This document shows, piece by piece, positions 15,596 through 24,670 of a stretch of DNA of 64,000 nt. The first letter of the stretch is position 1. Each line of letters starts with the position of its first letter. Under the pieces are notes generated by a model. It had not been told where the DNA came from. It saw only the letters and a program-made list of their open reading frames with translations, and ran no database searches. The stretch comes from Patescibacteria group bacterium (GTDB lineage Bacteria; Patescibacteriota; Microgenomatia; UBA1406). Location: positions 104,339 through 168,338 of the forward strand of contig JBAYJK010000002.1 of NCBI GenBank assembly GCA_041665145.1, in the 5' to 3' direction. Both the position numbers and the translations under genes were made by a program.

Positions 15596-15671
15596 TGGTG
15601 GACCCGACCGGACTTGAACCGGCAATCCCCGCAATGCGAATGCGGTGCTCTACCAATTGAGCCACGGGCCC
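15596..15671 (-). tRNA. tRNA-Ala (anticodon CGC), CCA encoded
   Basis: GGGCCCG-TG-GCTC-AATTGGTA-GAGC-A-CCGCA-TTCGCAT-TGCGG-GGATT-GCCGG-TTCAAGT-CCGGT-CGGGTCC-A-CCA. The G3:U70 identity pair is present. Confidence 0.9.
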
Positions 15672-15680
15672 GACGAGAGC

Positions 15681-15689
15681 ATTATATCA
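15681..15689 (-). promoter_or_regulatory. Extended -10 promoter for tRNA-Ala / mreCD / tRNA-Ile
   Basis: Minus strand TGaTATAAT, 9 nt before the tRNA-Ala 5' end. Confidence 0.45.
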
Positions 15690-15694
15690 TCGGA

Positions 15695-15812
15695 GGATAG
15701 TTTTTAATTTACAATTTGCAGTTTTTAATCAATTTTCAAGATTCAGTTTCCAATTGAAAACTTCCCAGTATTGAAAACTGAATGAAAATTGAGAACTGTA
15801 AATTGAAAATTA
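15695..15812. repeat. Hairpin spacer (TTCAATT / GAAAATT word family)
   Basis: tttttaatttacaatttgcagtttttaatcaattttcaag .. attgaaaactgaatgaaaattgagaactgtaaattgaaaatt. The left arm resembles the reverse complement of the right arm of 14232-14340. Confidence 0.55.
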
Positions 15813-16448
15813 TTACAACAATAGCATTCCTACGGCCCCGAGTCCAAGTAGAACCAGTGAAGCGATAATCCCGATTTGCCATCCCGCAATCGCGCCCGCT
15901 GTCGGAATACCTGTAGGAATAACTTGTGGCGGATTTGTTGGAACTATAGGCGGCGTAGTTGGTACCGGTGTTACCGTTGGACCTTCTCCAGCTCCGGGTG
16001 TCGGAGACGGTGTTAGTGAAGGTGTGTTGTCAACCGGACTTACCGTACAGAGTTCCGTGGATCCCGCTGAAGTTGCCACAAGCGTGAATTTGAGAATAGC
16101 AAATGATCCACTCCCCGATTTCGCAGTTGAATTTGTGCCCGTCAACAAAACCGTACCGGTACCGGTTTGTTGATATGTAACAGAATCGAAGAAATTACCC
16201 TGTGTCACTGAGACCAACTGCAAAGCCGCGGAATCGTAATTGACATTTGCTTGCGTTGTCGTAACAGCGTCCGTTCCCGTGTTGATACTGACAGTAAAGT
16301 CATAACTTTCGCCCCGCGTTAATTCTCCACTTGGGGCATCCATTGTGAATGAAATTGCGGCATGCGACAAATGAGGAAAAAGAACTGCGAAACCAAACAA
16401 AAAACACCCGACAAACAACGACTGCATTAGTCTACGCATTTTACCCAT
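15813..16448 (-). CDS. Cohesin-like surface protein with PT linker and C-terminal hydrophobic anchor
   Basis: Signal peptide ..FPHLSHA. Beta-sandwich-like SGELTRGESYDFTVSINTGTDAVTTTQANVNYDSAALQLVSV..GSGSFAILKFTLVATSAG. PT-rich linker. C-terminal IPTAG followed by a hydrophobic tail. Confidence 0.5.
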   Translation of the reverse strand: MGKMRRLMQSLFVGCFLFGFAVLFPHLSHAAISFTMDAPSGELTRGESYDFTVSINTGTDAVTTTQANVNYDSAALQLVSVTQGNFFDSVTYQQTGTGTVLLTGTNSTAKSGSGSFAILKFTLVATSAGSTELCTVSPVDNTPSLTPSPTPGAGEGPTVTPVPTTPPIVPTNPPQVIPTGIPTAGAIAGWQIGIIASLVLLGLGAVGMLLL

Positions 16449-16456
16449 ATAGTCAA

Positions 16457-16557
16457 AGTATGCAGGAAAATAATTATTTTTCAAGCTGAAAAAACCGGCC
16501 GGTCCTTTTGAGAATTCCCAAACTCCTCTTGCATAGAAATGTGACCTTTGTTACGAT
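16457..16557. promoter_or_regulatory. Divergent promoter pair, both placed for leaderless mRNAs
   Basis: Minus strand: TTGAAA-16-CATACT-8 nt-ATG (16448). Plus strand: TTGCAT-17-TACGAT-6 nt-ATG (16564). Confidence 0.45.
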
Positions 16558-16563
16558 ATCTGC

Positions 16564-17376
16564 ATGAAAAATTTTATTGCTCTCGCTGATTATTGCTCGG
16601 ACTCACTGACCGTTCAAGAGCTTAGAAGCGCTCTATATGGCCACCTATCCGCTAACCCAACCGGCTTTGTTTCCTTTGTTCATTCATCTCCGAGCACAAT
16701 TCATACGGCGTTTCTATTACATCAGCTATTGACAACCGAACAGCGTCTGGGTGACCCGAATAATTTGGTTGTTTTTGTTAATACGGATCCCCGACTTCAG
16801 GCGGTTAAAGGTGTAGAAAAAGCGCAAGGATCTCAACTTGTTGTAGCCAGAATGAGAAGTGGTGCATGGGTATACGGACCAAATGCAGGCTTTTGCTTTT
16901 CTTTGGTGCAAAAAGACATTCAATATCTGTACGTCTACCAAAACCAGGATAAAGGAACCCAGTTTAGGTCTCGCGATCTCTATATGCGAGTCGGCGCATT
17001 GCTTATGGAGGAAAAGCAGGATGATATGGAACTTGAGGAACTGAAAATCCAAGATATCCCCGCGTTGGACAAATACTACGTCGGTCATATTGATAACTAT
17101 GGAAACATTAAAACCACTATTCCCCGTTCATACCTGAAAGGGAAATATGATGTAGGAGACACAATTTCGGTAACAATTGCTGGAGTGCAACACAAAGCTT
17201 ACTTTGCGGATAATATCTTTGGTAAGGAACCAGATGTTCTTGTTGTAGCTCCTGGCTCTTCCGGACCAATTGACGACCCCTATTTGGAAGTAGTCGTGTG
17301 GCAACATATGCCTCTACAATCAGCGCGAAAATTTTATCCCGACGCAAAACCCGGTGACGAAATTGTTCTTGCCTAA
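16564..17376 (+). CDS. SAM hydroxide adenosyltransferase-like protein (DUF62 / SalL-FlA fold)
   Basis: FVNTDPR, FRSRDLYMRVGALL (compare FHGRDIFAPVAA), VGHIDNYGNIKTTI (compare IDxFGNxxTNI). Confidence 0.5.
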   Translation: MKNFIALADYCSDSLTVQELRSALYGHLSANPTGFVSFVHSSPSTIHTAFLLHQLLTTEQRLGDPNNLVVFVNTDPRLQAVKGVEKAQGSQLVVARMRSGAWVYGPNAGFCFSLVQKDIQYLYVYQNQDKGTQFRSRDLYMRVGALLMEEKQDDMELEELKIQDIPALDKYYVGHIDNYGNIKTTIPRSYLKGKYDVGDTISVTIAGVQHKAYFADNIFGKEPDVLVVAPGSSGPIDDPYLEVVVWQHMPLQSARKFYPDAKPGDEIVLA

Positions 17377-17397
17377 ATAGCAGATTTCTTCTATTAT
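17369..17397 (+). promoter_or_regulatory. Promoter placed for leaderless 17404 gene
   Basis: TTGCCT-17-TATTAT-6 nt-ATG. The -35 element overlaps the preceding stop codon. Confidence 0.4.
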
Positions 17398-17403
17398 GTT
17401 TAC

Positions 17404-19395
17404 ATGAAAAATAAATTGAAGTATTTGTTCACTTTTCTTTTCCTGGTAACAGCCTTCTTCTCCAAAGCAACTTTGTCGAAAGCTGAGATTCAACAAAACG
17501 TTTTGGTAAACTGTTTGGATTACTACATTCATCCAGAAGCTCAGGAACATGCCGGTGAACCCGCATGGCCTGGTCAGTCGGGCGCACCGTATGTAGGAGA
17601 GTATCATATCTGGAACGGTATCACTCATATCCTTATGCTTAAAAACAAACCTGGATCTTTGTTTACCGTCGGTAAACCAATATATGTCATGCGCAACAAT
17701 ACCACGGGGTACGCAGGTGACCCTGCTGGTCACGAAGCTTTTTGCGCACTTGATCAAACGAATTCTCCGTTATGCACAGCAGATATGATGCAGCCGAACA
17801 GCATTAAGTCAGGCGAAGGATTCAGGATAGTCGATCAGACATCGCCGATCATGCCGGATGCAGCAGGGAATTTGACACTTCCCCACGTACGCAGCTACAC
17901 GCCTCTTTGGAGCAATGGGACTGATCAGGGAGATACGCAATTTTTTTACGGCGTACAAATTCTCGACGATTCAAGCGCACAAGATCAAACCAATGCAGTC
18001 GGCACGGCACTGAAGCTCGGAACGTTCGCCCCGACAGGAACAATTCCGAACACAACCACTAACTGCGTCAGCATCTGGTGGGACCCGGCAGGTAAGGTCA
18101 TCGACGCAAAAACGTTGGAACCGGTTTTAGGGACAACCGTAACACTGCACACTCTCGGAAGTAACAGCCAGAAAACACTGACTCAAGTCCCGAGAAATCC
18201 TTTTTTCGTGAACCCGCAAACAACAGGAGCAAACGGGAGCTTCACCTTTGCAGTTGATCCGGGAACATACGTACTCAATACTGTTAAAGAGGGATTTTCA
18301 TTCCCGATCGAACCCGTGACGTTACAAAATGTACGCGCGCAACTTGAACGACTTGATCCCACCCATGAATATGCTGACAGCACAAAACTTTATAATGATC
18401 CAAATGAAGAAATAATTGAGACTGCAGGGATAACTCAATTTCGATATATGGTTATGAATCCGACTGACCCGAATTACCCCGGGTCTGAGCCAGTAGTTTT
18501 GTCCTCACTCATTTCACTTGCACCAAATGGAAACCAGATTATTCAAGGCACGGTTTCGCATCCTAAGGGAATTGTGAAAGCTGCTATAAACGGGAGTGTT
18601 CTTGCCCAAACAACAGCAGGAATTCAGGGCAACTTTACGATGGAAATTGCCGCTGCACAAGTCCCGGCGAATCCTTCGGACATATCTATTACTGAAGAAA
18701 AGGTTCCGTTGATTGCCCGAGCACCGTTGCCGGCTTCCTTTTCTTCGATGCTTAACCGTTTGGTCGGAATTGTGTATGCACAAACGGAAACTCGCACATC
18801 AAAGCCGCTGCTTCTCAAACCAATTCCTTCCACTATGACCGGCTTTGCATATTCACAAAACTACAAAATCATGCCGAATGCAAAAGTGAACATTATTGCG
18901 TTCGGGAGCGTTGTTTATGCAACAGGACGCTCGGATGCAAATGGATTTGTCAGTTTTCCAACAAAGAACCTCCCCCCTTTCGGATACACCATTGAAGTCC
19001 GCGATTCAAGTACGGAGGCTGTTGTAAACAGACAAACACCAGACCAATTCATTACAACAAACAAAACATACGCAGCGGCAGAGAATGTAAATTATTACCG
19101 TCCGGTCACCTACGCACTCCCACAACCACAAATCGCTGTTCTCGCAAAAGTTCAGGCAGAAGCAGATACAAAATCAAACAGCAGTATTCAAACACCGCAT
19201 ATAACGACCGACAAATTACAACAGACTAATAGTAATTTCGAACCGACGACTGTTCCACAAGCAACCGGAGCCACAGCATCTGCTTCGTTCAATAATCTTC
19301 TTCCTTTTTTTCTGCTCATCGGAGTTCTCGTGGTATTTGCAGTCGGGATACTCGTAGTTTCGAAAATGCGCAGTTCCGGTAAGCCATTACTATGA
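17404..19395 (+). CDS. Large surface protein with carboxypeptidase-regulatory-like beta-sandwich repeats and C-terminal membrane anchor
   Basis: Signal peptide. Segments VIDAKTLEPVLGTTVTLH..ANGSFTFAVDPGTYVL and AKVNIIAFGSVVYATGRSDANGFVSFP. C-terminal LLPFFLLIGVLVVFAVGILVV-SKMRSSGK. Confidence 0.45.
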   Translation: MKNKLKYLFTFLFLVTAFFSKATLSKAEIQQNVLVNCLDYYIHPEAQEHAGEPAWPGQSGAPYVGEYHIWNGITHILMLKNKPGSLFTVGKPIYVMRNNTTGYAGDPAGHEAFCALDQTNSPLCTADMMQPNSIKSGEGFRIVDQTSPIMPDAAGNLTLPHVRSYTPLWSNGTDQGDTQFFYGVQILDDSSAQDQTNAVGTALKLGTFAPTGTIPNTTTNCVSIWWDPAGKVIDAKTLEPVLGTTVTLHTLGSNSQKTLTQVPRNPFFVNPQTTGANGSFTFAVDPGTYVLNTVKEGFSFPIEPVTLQNVRAQLERLDPTHEYADSTKLYNDPNEEIIETAGITQFRYMVMNPTDPNYPGSEPVVLSSLISLAPNGNQIIQGTVSHPKGIVKAAINGSVLAQTTAGIQGNFTMEIAAAQVPANPSDISITEEKVPLIARAPLPASFSSMLNRLVGIVYAQTETRTSKPLLLKPIPSTMTGFAYSQNYKIMPNAKVNIIAFGSVVYATGRSDANGFVSFPTKNLPPFGYTIEVRDSSTEAVVNRQTPDQFITTNKTYAAAENVNYYRPVTYALPQPQIAVLAKVQAEADTKSNSSIQTPHITTDKLQQTNSNFEPTTVPQATGATASASFNNLLPFFLLIGVLVVFAVGILVVSKMRSSGKPLL

Positions 19396-20372
19396 AGCCA
19401 AAGCAATGGGCGCTTGTTGGAGCCCTGATTGCAACCAGTATTGCTCTTGGTTTTTCACTATCGAATCTTGATTTCTTTGGATTTCTTCGGGAACAACATA
19501 CGCTTGATATTGTGTTTCTTGCGTCGTCGCTTATTCTCTGGTACTTCCTGCTTCTCATTATCTTCCTACTAGAGTTCAGCCAGATACAACACCTGCTTAT
19601 CGCTTTGTGGGCAGCTACTCTGTCGTTTAGTGTCGCCAACTTTATAGGAAATTGGCCGGTCGCTCTAATCTTTTTTAACAGCGTATTGTATTTTTTATTT
19701 CTACTGTACAGCTACTATGCAGTACAAAAACGGGCAAATTTGTTTCTCAAATTTTCGGCCCAGCAGATTTTTATCCCCGTTATGAAGCGGGGATTTACTT
19801 TTTTGATTGTGCTTTTTGCCTTGATGAGCTATTTTCAGGTAACCCAGAAAATTAAGACTAATGAACTTTTTGGCCCGGAAATGATCAGGCCCATTACCCG
19901 TCCGGCAGTAACCATCATTAATAAGCAGCTGACGACTCAAATTCGTACACAACTTGCGCAGATTCCCCAGTTTGGCAGTCTTGTTACAACTGAAATACTA
20001 ACACGCCTCGCGGTTGATCAGGTTGTCAACACCATAACTGACTCAGGAAAAAAAGATTTCTATGGCATACCGGGAAGCGCCATTGACAGCAAGTTAATTG
20101 CTATTTCCCAAGAAGGTGATATTGATGTCAGCCCGCTCGTTGATAGTCTTTTACCCCTCGTAATTAATGAAACATTGGAAAAGCTCGGTTTGTTTTCATG
20201 GTTGTTTCCCGTCGTTATCAGTTTAATAGTGGTCCTGTTACTCCAGCCTATTCTGTACCTTTTCGAGCTGTTTCTTTACATCCCGACCCCAATCGTTTTT
20301 AAACTGCTTATGGCCTCCGGCTTCATACATATTGAAAAGGAAACTGTGGAACGGGAAAAACTGGTGATATAA
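19392..20372 (+). CDS. Polytopic membrane protein, unknown function
   Basis: 326 aa with an ATGA overlap to the preceding gene. Multiple hydrophobic helices. Confidence 0.5.
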   Translation: MKPKQWALVGALIATSIALGFSLSNLDFFGFLREQHTLDIVFLASSLILWYFLLLIIFLLEFSQIQHLLIALWAATLSFSVANFIGNWPVALIFFNSVLYFLFLLYSYYAVQKRANLFLKFSAQQIFIPVMKRGFTFLIVLFALMSYFQVTQKIKTNELFGPEMIRPITRPAVTIINKQLTTQIRTQLAQIPQFGSLVTTEILTRLAVDQVVNTITDSGKKDFYGIPGSAIDSKLIAISQEGDIDVSPLVDSLLPLVINETLEKLGLFSWLFPVVISLIVVLLLQPILYLFELFLYIPTPIVFKLLMASGFIHIEKETVEREKLVI

Positions 20373-20511
20373 TAGGATGAGTTTTCAGTTTACGATTTCC
20401 AGTTTCTATTGAGTTTATAATTGGCAGTTTTTGTGCATCATGCTTTTGAAAAATAGTAATTAGAAACTAGCATTTCAATAGAAACTAAAAACTAGCAATT
20501 AGAAACAAAGT
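20373..20511. repeat. Hairpin spacer, AGTTTCTATTGA / TCAATAGAAACT family
   Basis: agtttctattga at 20401-20412 pairs with tcaatagaaact at 20475-20486. Flanked by tttctag / ctagaaa-type 7-nt words. Confidence 0.65.
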
Positions 20512-21582
20512 ATGAGCGACATTAAATTTAAGCTTCTTCACCGCCAACAAATTACACAGTCGCTCCGGAGTTTTTTGTTCCAGCGCGGGTATCTTGAAGC
20601 AGATGTTCCTGTATTGGTCCCAAGCCTTATTCCCGAAAGCTATCTGGAAGTATTTGAGACCAGTATTAAAGGTCCCACCATTAACCATCAACTATCAACT
20701 GATAACTATAAGGCTTATTTAACCGCCTCCCCCGAAGCATACCTCAAACGTTTGCTTGTTGCCGGATCCGGAAATGTGTTCTATCTGGGGAAAGCGTTCC
20801 GAAATGGTGAGCCATTCGGACCGATGCATAACCATGAGTTCACAATATTGGAATGGTACAAAATCGGGGCTTCCTATCGATCTCTTATGGCTGAAATCGA
20901 AGAGATGGTGCGATCTGTCCTTGAGGGTTTAACCCTTACAGGGTTAAACCCTGCAAGCCTATCGTCACCCTGGGAATATATCACCATGCAGGAAGCGTTC
21001 GAACGGTTTGTGCCAAAGGACGAAATTGTTAAATTGCTAAACGGCCAAATTGCTGACAATAGCAATATAGCATTAGAACAATTTAACAATAGTGTTGAAT
21101 TTGATCGTCTCTACGTTCAATATATCGAGCCGAATCTTGGCACACGCGGTAAGCCAACGTTCGTAATAGACTTCCCAACCTGGCAATCGCCTCTAGCAAA
21201 ATCACGGATCACGAATCACGAATCACGAAACAAACGCACAGATAAACACTCGATCCGAGATACGAGATGCGAGATGCGAGATGTGGTTGCCGAGCGATTT
21301 GAATTGTATATTAATGGAATCGAGCTGATTAACGGCTGGACAGAGCTGGCCGACTGGAAGAAGCAGCAGGATAACTTTGATGCAGAACAACAGGAGCGCA
21401 CAGTTCAGAACAAGACTCCCTACCCTGCAGATACCGGCTTTATCGAAGCGCTGAGAAAAGGGATGCCCGAATGCAGCGGGTGTGCAATGGGAGTAGACAG
21501 ATTGATAATGGTGCTGACAGGAAAGAAGACGCTGGATGAGGTAATTGCTTTTCCGACAAAAGATTTATTCAAGACTCGTTAA
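20512..21582 (+). CDS. epmA: EF-P lysine aminoacylase EpmA-like (class II LysRS catalytic core without anticodon domain)
   Basis: Motif 2 FRNGEPFGPMHNHEFTILEWY. AERFELYINGIELINGWTEL. Motif 3 GCAMGVDRLIMVLTG. About 350 aa. efp lies in the same window. Confidence 0.6.
   Translation: MSDIKFKLLHRQQITQSLRSFLFQRGYLEADVPVLVPSLIPESYLEVFETSIKGPTINHQLSTDNYKAYLTASPEAYLKRLLVAGSGNVFYLGKAFRNGEPFGPMHNHEFTILEWYKIGASYRSLMAEIEEMVRSVLEGLTLTGLNPASLSSPWEYITMQEAFERFVPKDEIVKLLNGQIADNSNIALEQFNNSVEFDRLYVQYIEPNLGTRGKPTFVIDFPTWQSPLAKSRITNHESRNKRTDKHSIRDTRCEMRDVVAERFELYINGIELINGWTELADWKKQQDNFDAEQQERTVQNKTPYPADTGFIEALRKGMPECSGCAMGVDRLIMVLTGKKTLDEVIAFPTKDLFKTR
21198..21283. repeat. In-frame two-block heptamer mini-insertion inside epmA
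   Basis: AATCACG GATCACG AATCACG AATCACG - 24 nt - CGAGATA CGAGATG CGAGATG CGAGATG. Encodes SRITNHESRNKRTDKHSIRDTRCEMRDV between the conserved LAK and VAERFE. Confidence 0.75.
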
Positions 21583-22400
21583 CCAGTTTTCGCATCTACG
21601 GCCGTAACACCTATTCTTTGCAGCAGCCGCCTTTTTAGTTCTTCTTTTTTTGCCGAATTTGCATTGCTCCGTTGTGCCTTTAATTCATCTCGAGTATTCA
21701 GTTTTGCAATCTCATGTGCTACTTTTTTGTCACCTAATTGGGTTTTTAACGCGTCCAGTTCCCCCTGAGCTTGTTTCAGGTCTTGAGCCAGAACACCTTT
21801 TTGGGGATCGAAATTATTGTGAGGTATTTGCTGCTGAAGTTTTATTTTCCTTACTGCCGCCTGTTTTGCAATAAGCTCATATTGCAGAGTTTTCAGATCG
21901 TTTTGTGCGGTTTTTTCCAAAACGGTGAGTGCTTTTTCCTTATCAGTTCGCTTTCTTAGTGGATTGTGTAGGTCTATTGCATTCCGCACGCTTTCTCCAA
22001 GCTTGGTATTTCTGACGGCAAGCACCAGTGCACGGCTGACCAAATATCCCGGAAGTAACGGTACTCCTCCGGCAAGAGCTGCTACCGGGAGCGCCACTTC
22101 CACAGCAGACTTCCACCAATTGCTTGCTTCCAAATGTCCATAGGGAGCGTGGAAAATATTTGGCGTCCACAATTCGAGACTTTTGGCAAGAGCTGAAACA
22201 AATACCTTCCGATGACCCTTTTCATTATCCTCACTATCCTGTTTGCCATCTGTTAATTGTTGCGCTTGCTGCATTTCGTCAGCGACATTAAGACCAAAAA
22301 TTTTGGCAACAGTTAATACAAACGGGTTTGCCCGGAGAATTACATCCTTTTCATATTGTTGCGCTGCAAATGACCGCGGCGTTGGTTGGGTTTCGGACAT
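21579..22400 (-). CDS. Hypothetical protein: central hydrophobic hairpin plus C-terminal coiled coil (paralogue of 22705..24366)
   Basis: VALPVAALAGGVPLLPGYLVSRALVLAV aligns with ALVLPVGYIMLRGISLA of the neighbour. No signal peptide. Its stop overlaps the epmA stop in the palindrome GTTAAC. Confidence 0.6.
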   Translation of the reverse strand: MSETQPTPRSFAAQQYEKDVILRANPFVLTVAKIFGLNVADEMQQAQQLTDGKQDSEDNEKGHRKVFVSALAKSLELWTPNIFHAPYGHLEASNWWKSAVEVALPVAALAGGVPLLPGYLVSRALVLAVRNTKLGESVRNAIDLHNPLRKRTDKEKALTVLEKTAQNDLKTLQYELIAKQAAVRKIKLQQQIPHNNFDPQKGVLAQDLKQAQGELDALKTQLGDKKVAHEIAKLNTRDELKAQRSNANSAKKEELKRRLLQRIGVTAVDAKTG

Positions 22401-22708
22401 TATGGGTTGTCTTGATCAATAAACTTTGGTAACAAGTCCTTTATTTCTTCCGGGGTTAAATTTTCACCTAACTTTGCCACCAGCGCATCCCCTTTTTCCT
22501 TTAGCAAATTATCTAAACGTTCCTGGTAATCCGTCTTCTCTTCTTCAGTAAGCGATTTCTGAAAAGCAAGCACCAATGCCTTAATTGCATCAATAACCTC
22601 GGGTTTATTTTTTTCAAAAGCAAAGTGAGTCATAAGTGTCACGGTGTGCAGAAAAAGCTCATATCCGAGCAAGACTTTGGTTTGTTGTATCGCGTCCGCG
22701 TCCGTCAT
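22400..22708 (-). CDS. Small acidic helical protein, family A
   Basis: 102 aa. FAFEKNKPEVIDAIKALVLAFQKSLTEEEKTDYQERLDNLLKEKG. TAATG coupling to the downstream gene. Confidence 0.6.
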   Translation of the reverse strand: MTDADAIQQTKVLLGYELFLHTVTLMTHFAFEKNKPEVIDAIKALVLAFQKSLTEEEKTDYQERLDNLLKEKGDALVAKLGENLTPEEIKDLLPKFIDQDNP

Positions 22709-24366
22709 GCAGTCGTGGGTAACGGTTTAATAAGTCTTTTAATCGCAGCAATTTCGCATTGTTGGCGAACAACGCTTGCCGTTCGGGTTGGGTCTATCGT
22801 TTCTGTTGCTGCTGCTGCCTGAAGATCCGGAATAGTAGTCTGTTCCAGTTTTTCAACCTCCTTTTGCAATTTACCAATATCCAGCCCAAGAGTATCTTTC
22901 TGCGTTTTGAGCGCACTTGATTCATCGCGTGCTCGCTCAAATGTTTTTAAAGCGGTCCCTGTCTGCATAATTATCGGATTGGCAATACTCTCTAATCTTT
23001 TCACTTCTGCCTGTAACTCATCTCGCTGAGCTTCAAGATTTGCAAGAGCCGTCGGGTCGACTGGTGTGGGCAATTTAGGTATTTCCTTTTTCTTATCCCT
23101 AAGCCGTCCTTTTGCGCTATTAAGATCAGCAACAGCAGCATCTTGTTGATCTCTTAAAGCAAGATGTTCCAGTTCCAGTTTTTCGGCATTACGTACAGCC
23201 TGGTCAAGTTTCGCGTCAAGTGGACTCAATAAGGATTTTTGATTATCCAACTCAGCCTGTATACGGGTTAACTTTTGCTCGGCTGCTTCAAGCTCTCTTT
23301 TATTGGAAGACATCGCCTTCTCAATACTCCGTCGTTCTGCCTCGATGAGCGTTTCACGTTCCTCTAGTGGCTTCTGATACCATTCTTTTTGGGCATACAG
23401 TAATTGCAAATCGACCTTAATCCGTGCGCTTTCTTCTTCCAATCCGCTATTCCGATTAAGCAGAGCTTGCCTGAGTTCCTGAGTTCTGGCACTATCCGCG
23501 GAATAAGCTCTCACGCTGCTACTACTGCTGTCAAAAGTAATTTGTGCCTGAGACAAATCAACAGTCAACTTGGTATCTTGAGCTGCGTCTTTATTCTTAT
23601 CTTTTGCGTCTTGTGCAGCCTTCAAGAGTTGTTCGGATAGTTGGAGTGCCTTGCGGGCGGCTTGTAGTTTCGTATCTACATCGTTCTGCGTAGTTTCGAG
23701 CACGGTCAGTTGCTGGCGGTTGGAATTAAGAAACTTGTCAATTTGAACAAGACGCGCGTGTGCTTGTTTCACGTCCACATCTATTACCGCAGTTTGTAAG
23801 GCTTCGCCCTTTGCCCGCGTTGCATCTTTCATTTTTTGCAAGCGTAGAATATCTTCGCGCAACAGATTTTGCATGGAAACTATCTCCCGCTCTTTTGAAC
23901 GCACTTCCTCCAGCTGTTTCCGTTTGGGAATAAAAAATCGTTCAAGGAAACTCCTAATCCTTCCACCTACTCTCGGGCTATCTGCAGCTAGCGAGATTCC
24001 TCGCAACATGATGTAACCAACCGGAAGTACCAATGCAGCTGCCGGACCGGCTCCAAGAGCCAAACCGGCAAAAGCCCCGAGCTCCAAACCACCTTTTGCC
24101 AACGTGTCTCTGTTTTCCATACCGCCCGTGCCGGAAATCAGTTCCGGCGCACTGACACGGAAGAACTGAGCAAGTGCCCGAGCCATTTTCTTTCTACCGA
24201 CAGCAACATCCGGGTTTAATTGTTCTTCGGGAGTAATGTGCAACAAGGAGATAACGGTACGATTCAATGGGTTTGTCGTATCAATAGTTTCACGGAATGG
24301 AAGTTCTTTCGGTTGCTCTGCAGAAGTACTTATACTATCCATATCTTTATGCGGATTGATCTTCAA
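22705..24366 (-). CDS. Hypothetical hydrophobic-hairpin plus long coiled-coil protein
   Basis: 553 aa (alternative start 24342). GAFAGLALGAGPAAALVLPVGYIMLRGISLA followed by about 380 aa rich in Q/E/K/L heptad-like sequence. Confidence 0.65.
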   Translation of the reverse strand: MKINPHKDMDSISTSAEQPKELPFRETIDTTNPLNRTVISLLHITPEEQLNPDVAVGRKKMARALAQFFRVSAPELISGTGGMENRDTLAKGGLELGAFAGLALGAGPAAALVLPVGYIMLRGISLAADSPRVGGRIRSFLERFFIPKRKQLEEVRSKEREIVSMQNLLREDILRLQKMKDATRAKGEALQTAVIDVDVKQAHARLVQIDKFLNSNRQQLTVLETTQNDVDTKLQAARKALQLSEQLLKAAQDAKDKNKDAAQDTKLTVDLSQAQITFDSSSSSVRAYSADSARTQELRQALLNRNSGLEEESARIKVDLQLLYAQKEWYQKPLEERETLIEAERRSIEKAMSSNKRELEAAEQKLTRIQAELDNQKSLLSPLDAKLDQAVRNAEKLELEHLALRDQQDAAVADLNSAKGRLRDKKKEIPKLPTPVDPTALANLEAQRDELQAEVKRLESIANPIIMQTGTALKTFERARDESSALKTQKDTLGLDIGKLQKEVEKLEQTTIPDLQAAAATETIDPTRTASVVRQQCEIAAIKRLIKPLPTTA

Positions 24367-24670
24367 TAATTTTTGTTAATAATTCTTCAAGCTCCGCTGG
24401 ATTAAATTCTTTTCCCAAAGCCTCAACCAACTCAGCTCCTTTTTCTTTCAGGAACGCATCAACCCGTTTCTTGTACTCTTCTCTTTCCGAATCCGTTAAG
24501 CTTTCGGTAAACGAAGTTACGAAATCACGGAGTTTTTGAATTTGCTCGGTCTTTTTAAACTCATACGCGCAACTACCCATCAACGCGACCAGTTGGAGAA
24601 AAAGGGAGAAACTTACAAAACTCTTTACATTCTGTAAGTCGGTATCAGACAGGTCTGTTGAGTCCATCAT
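24347..24670 (-). CDS. Small acidic helical protein, family A
   Basis: 107 aa. CAYEFKKTEQIQKLRDFVTSFTESLTDSEREEYKKRVDAFLKEKG aligns with 22400..22708. Confidence 0.6.
   Translation of the reverse strand: MMDSTDLSDTDLQNVKSFVSFSLFLQLVALMGSCAYEFKKTEQIQKLRDFVTSFTESLTDSEREEYKKRVDAFLKEKGAELVEALGKEFNPAELEELLTKIIEDQSA

Noticed and set aside
21579-21582. Convergent epmA and 21579..22400 stop codons sharing the palindrome GTTAAC, read as a regulatory element
   Set aside because: This is probably just extreme gene packing. No associated structure or motif is visible, so it is noted only as the left boundary of the 24-gene block.
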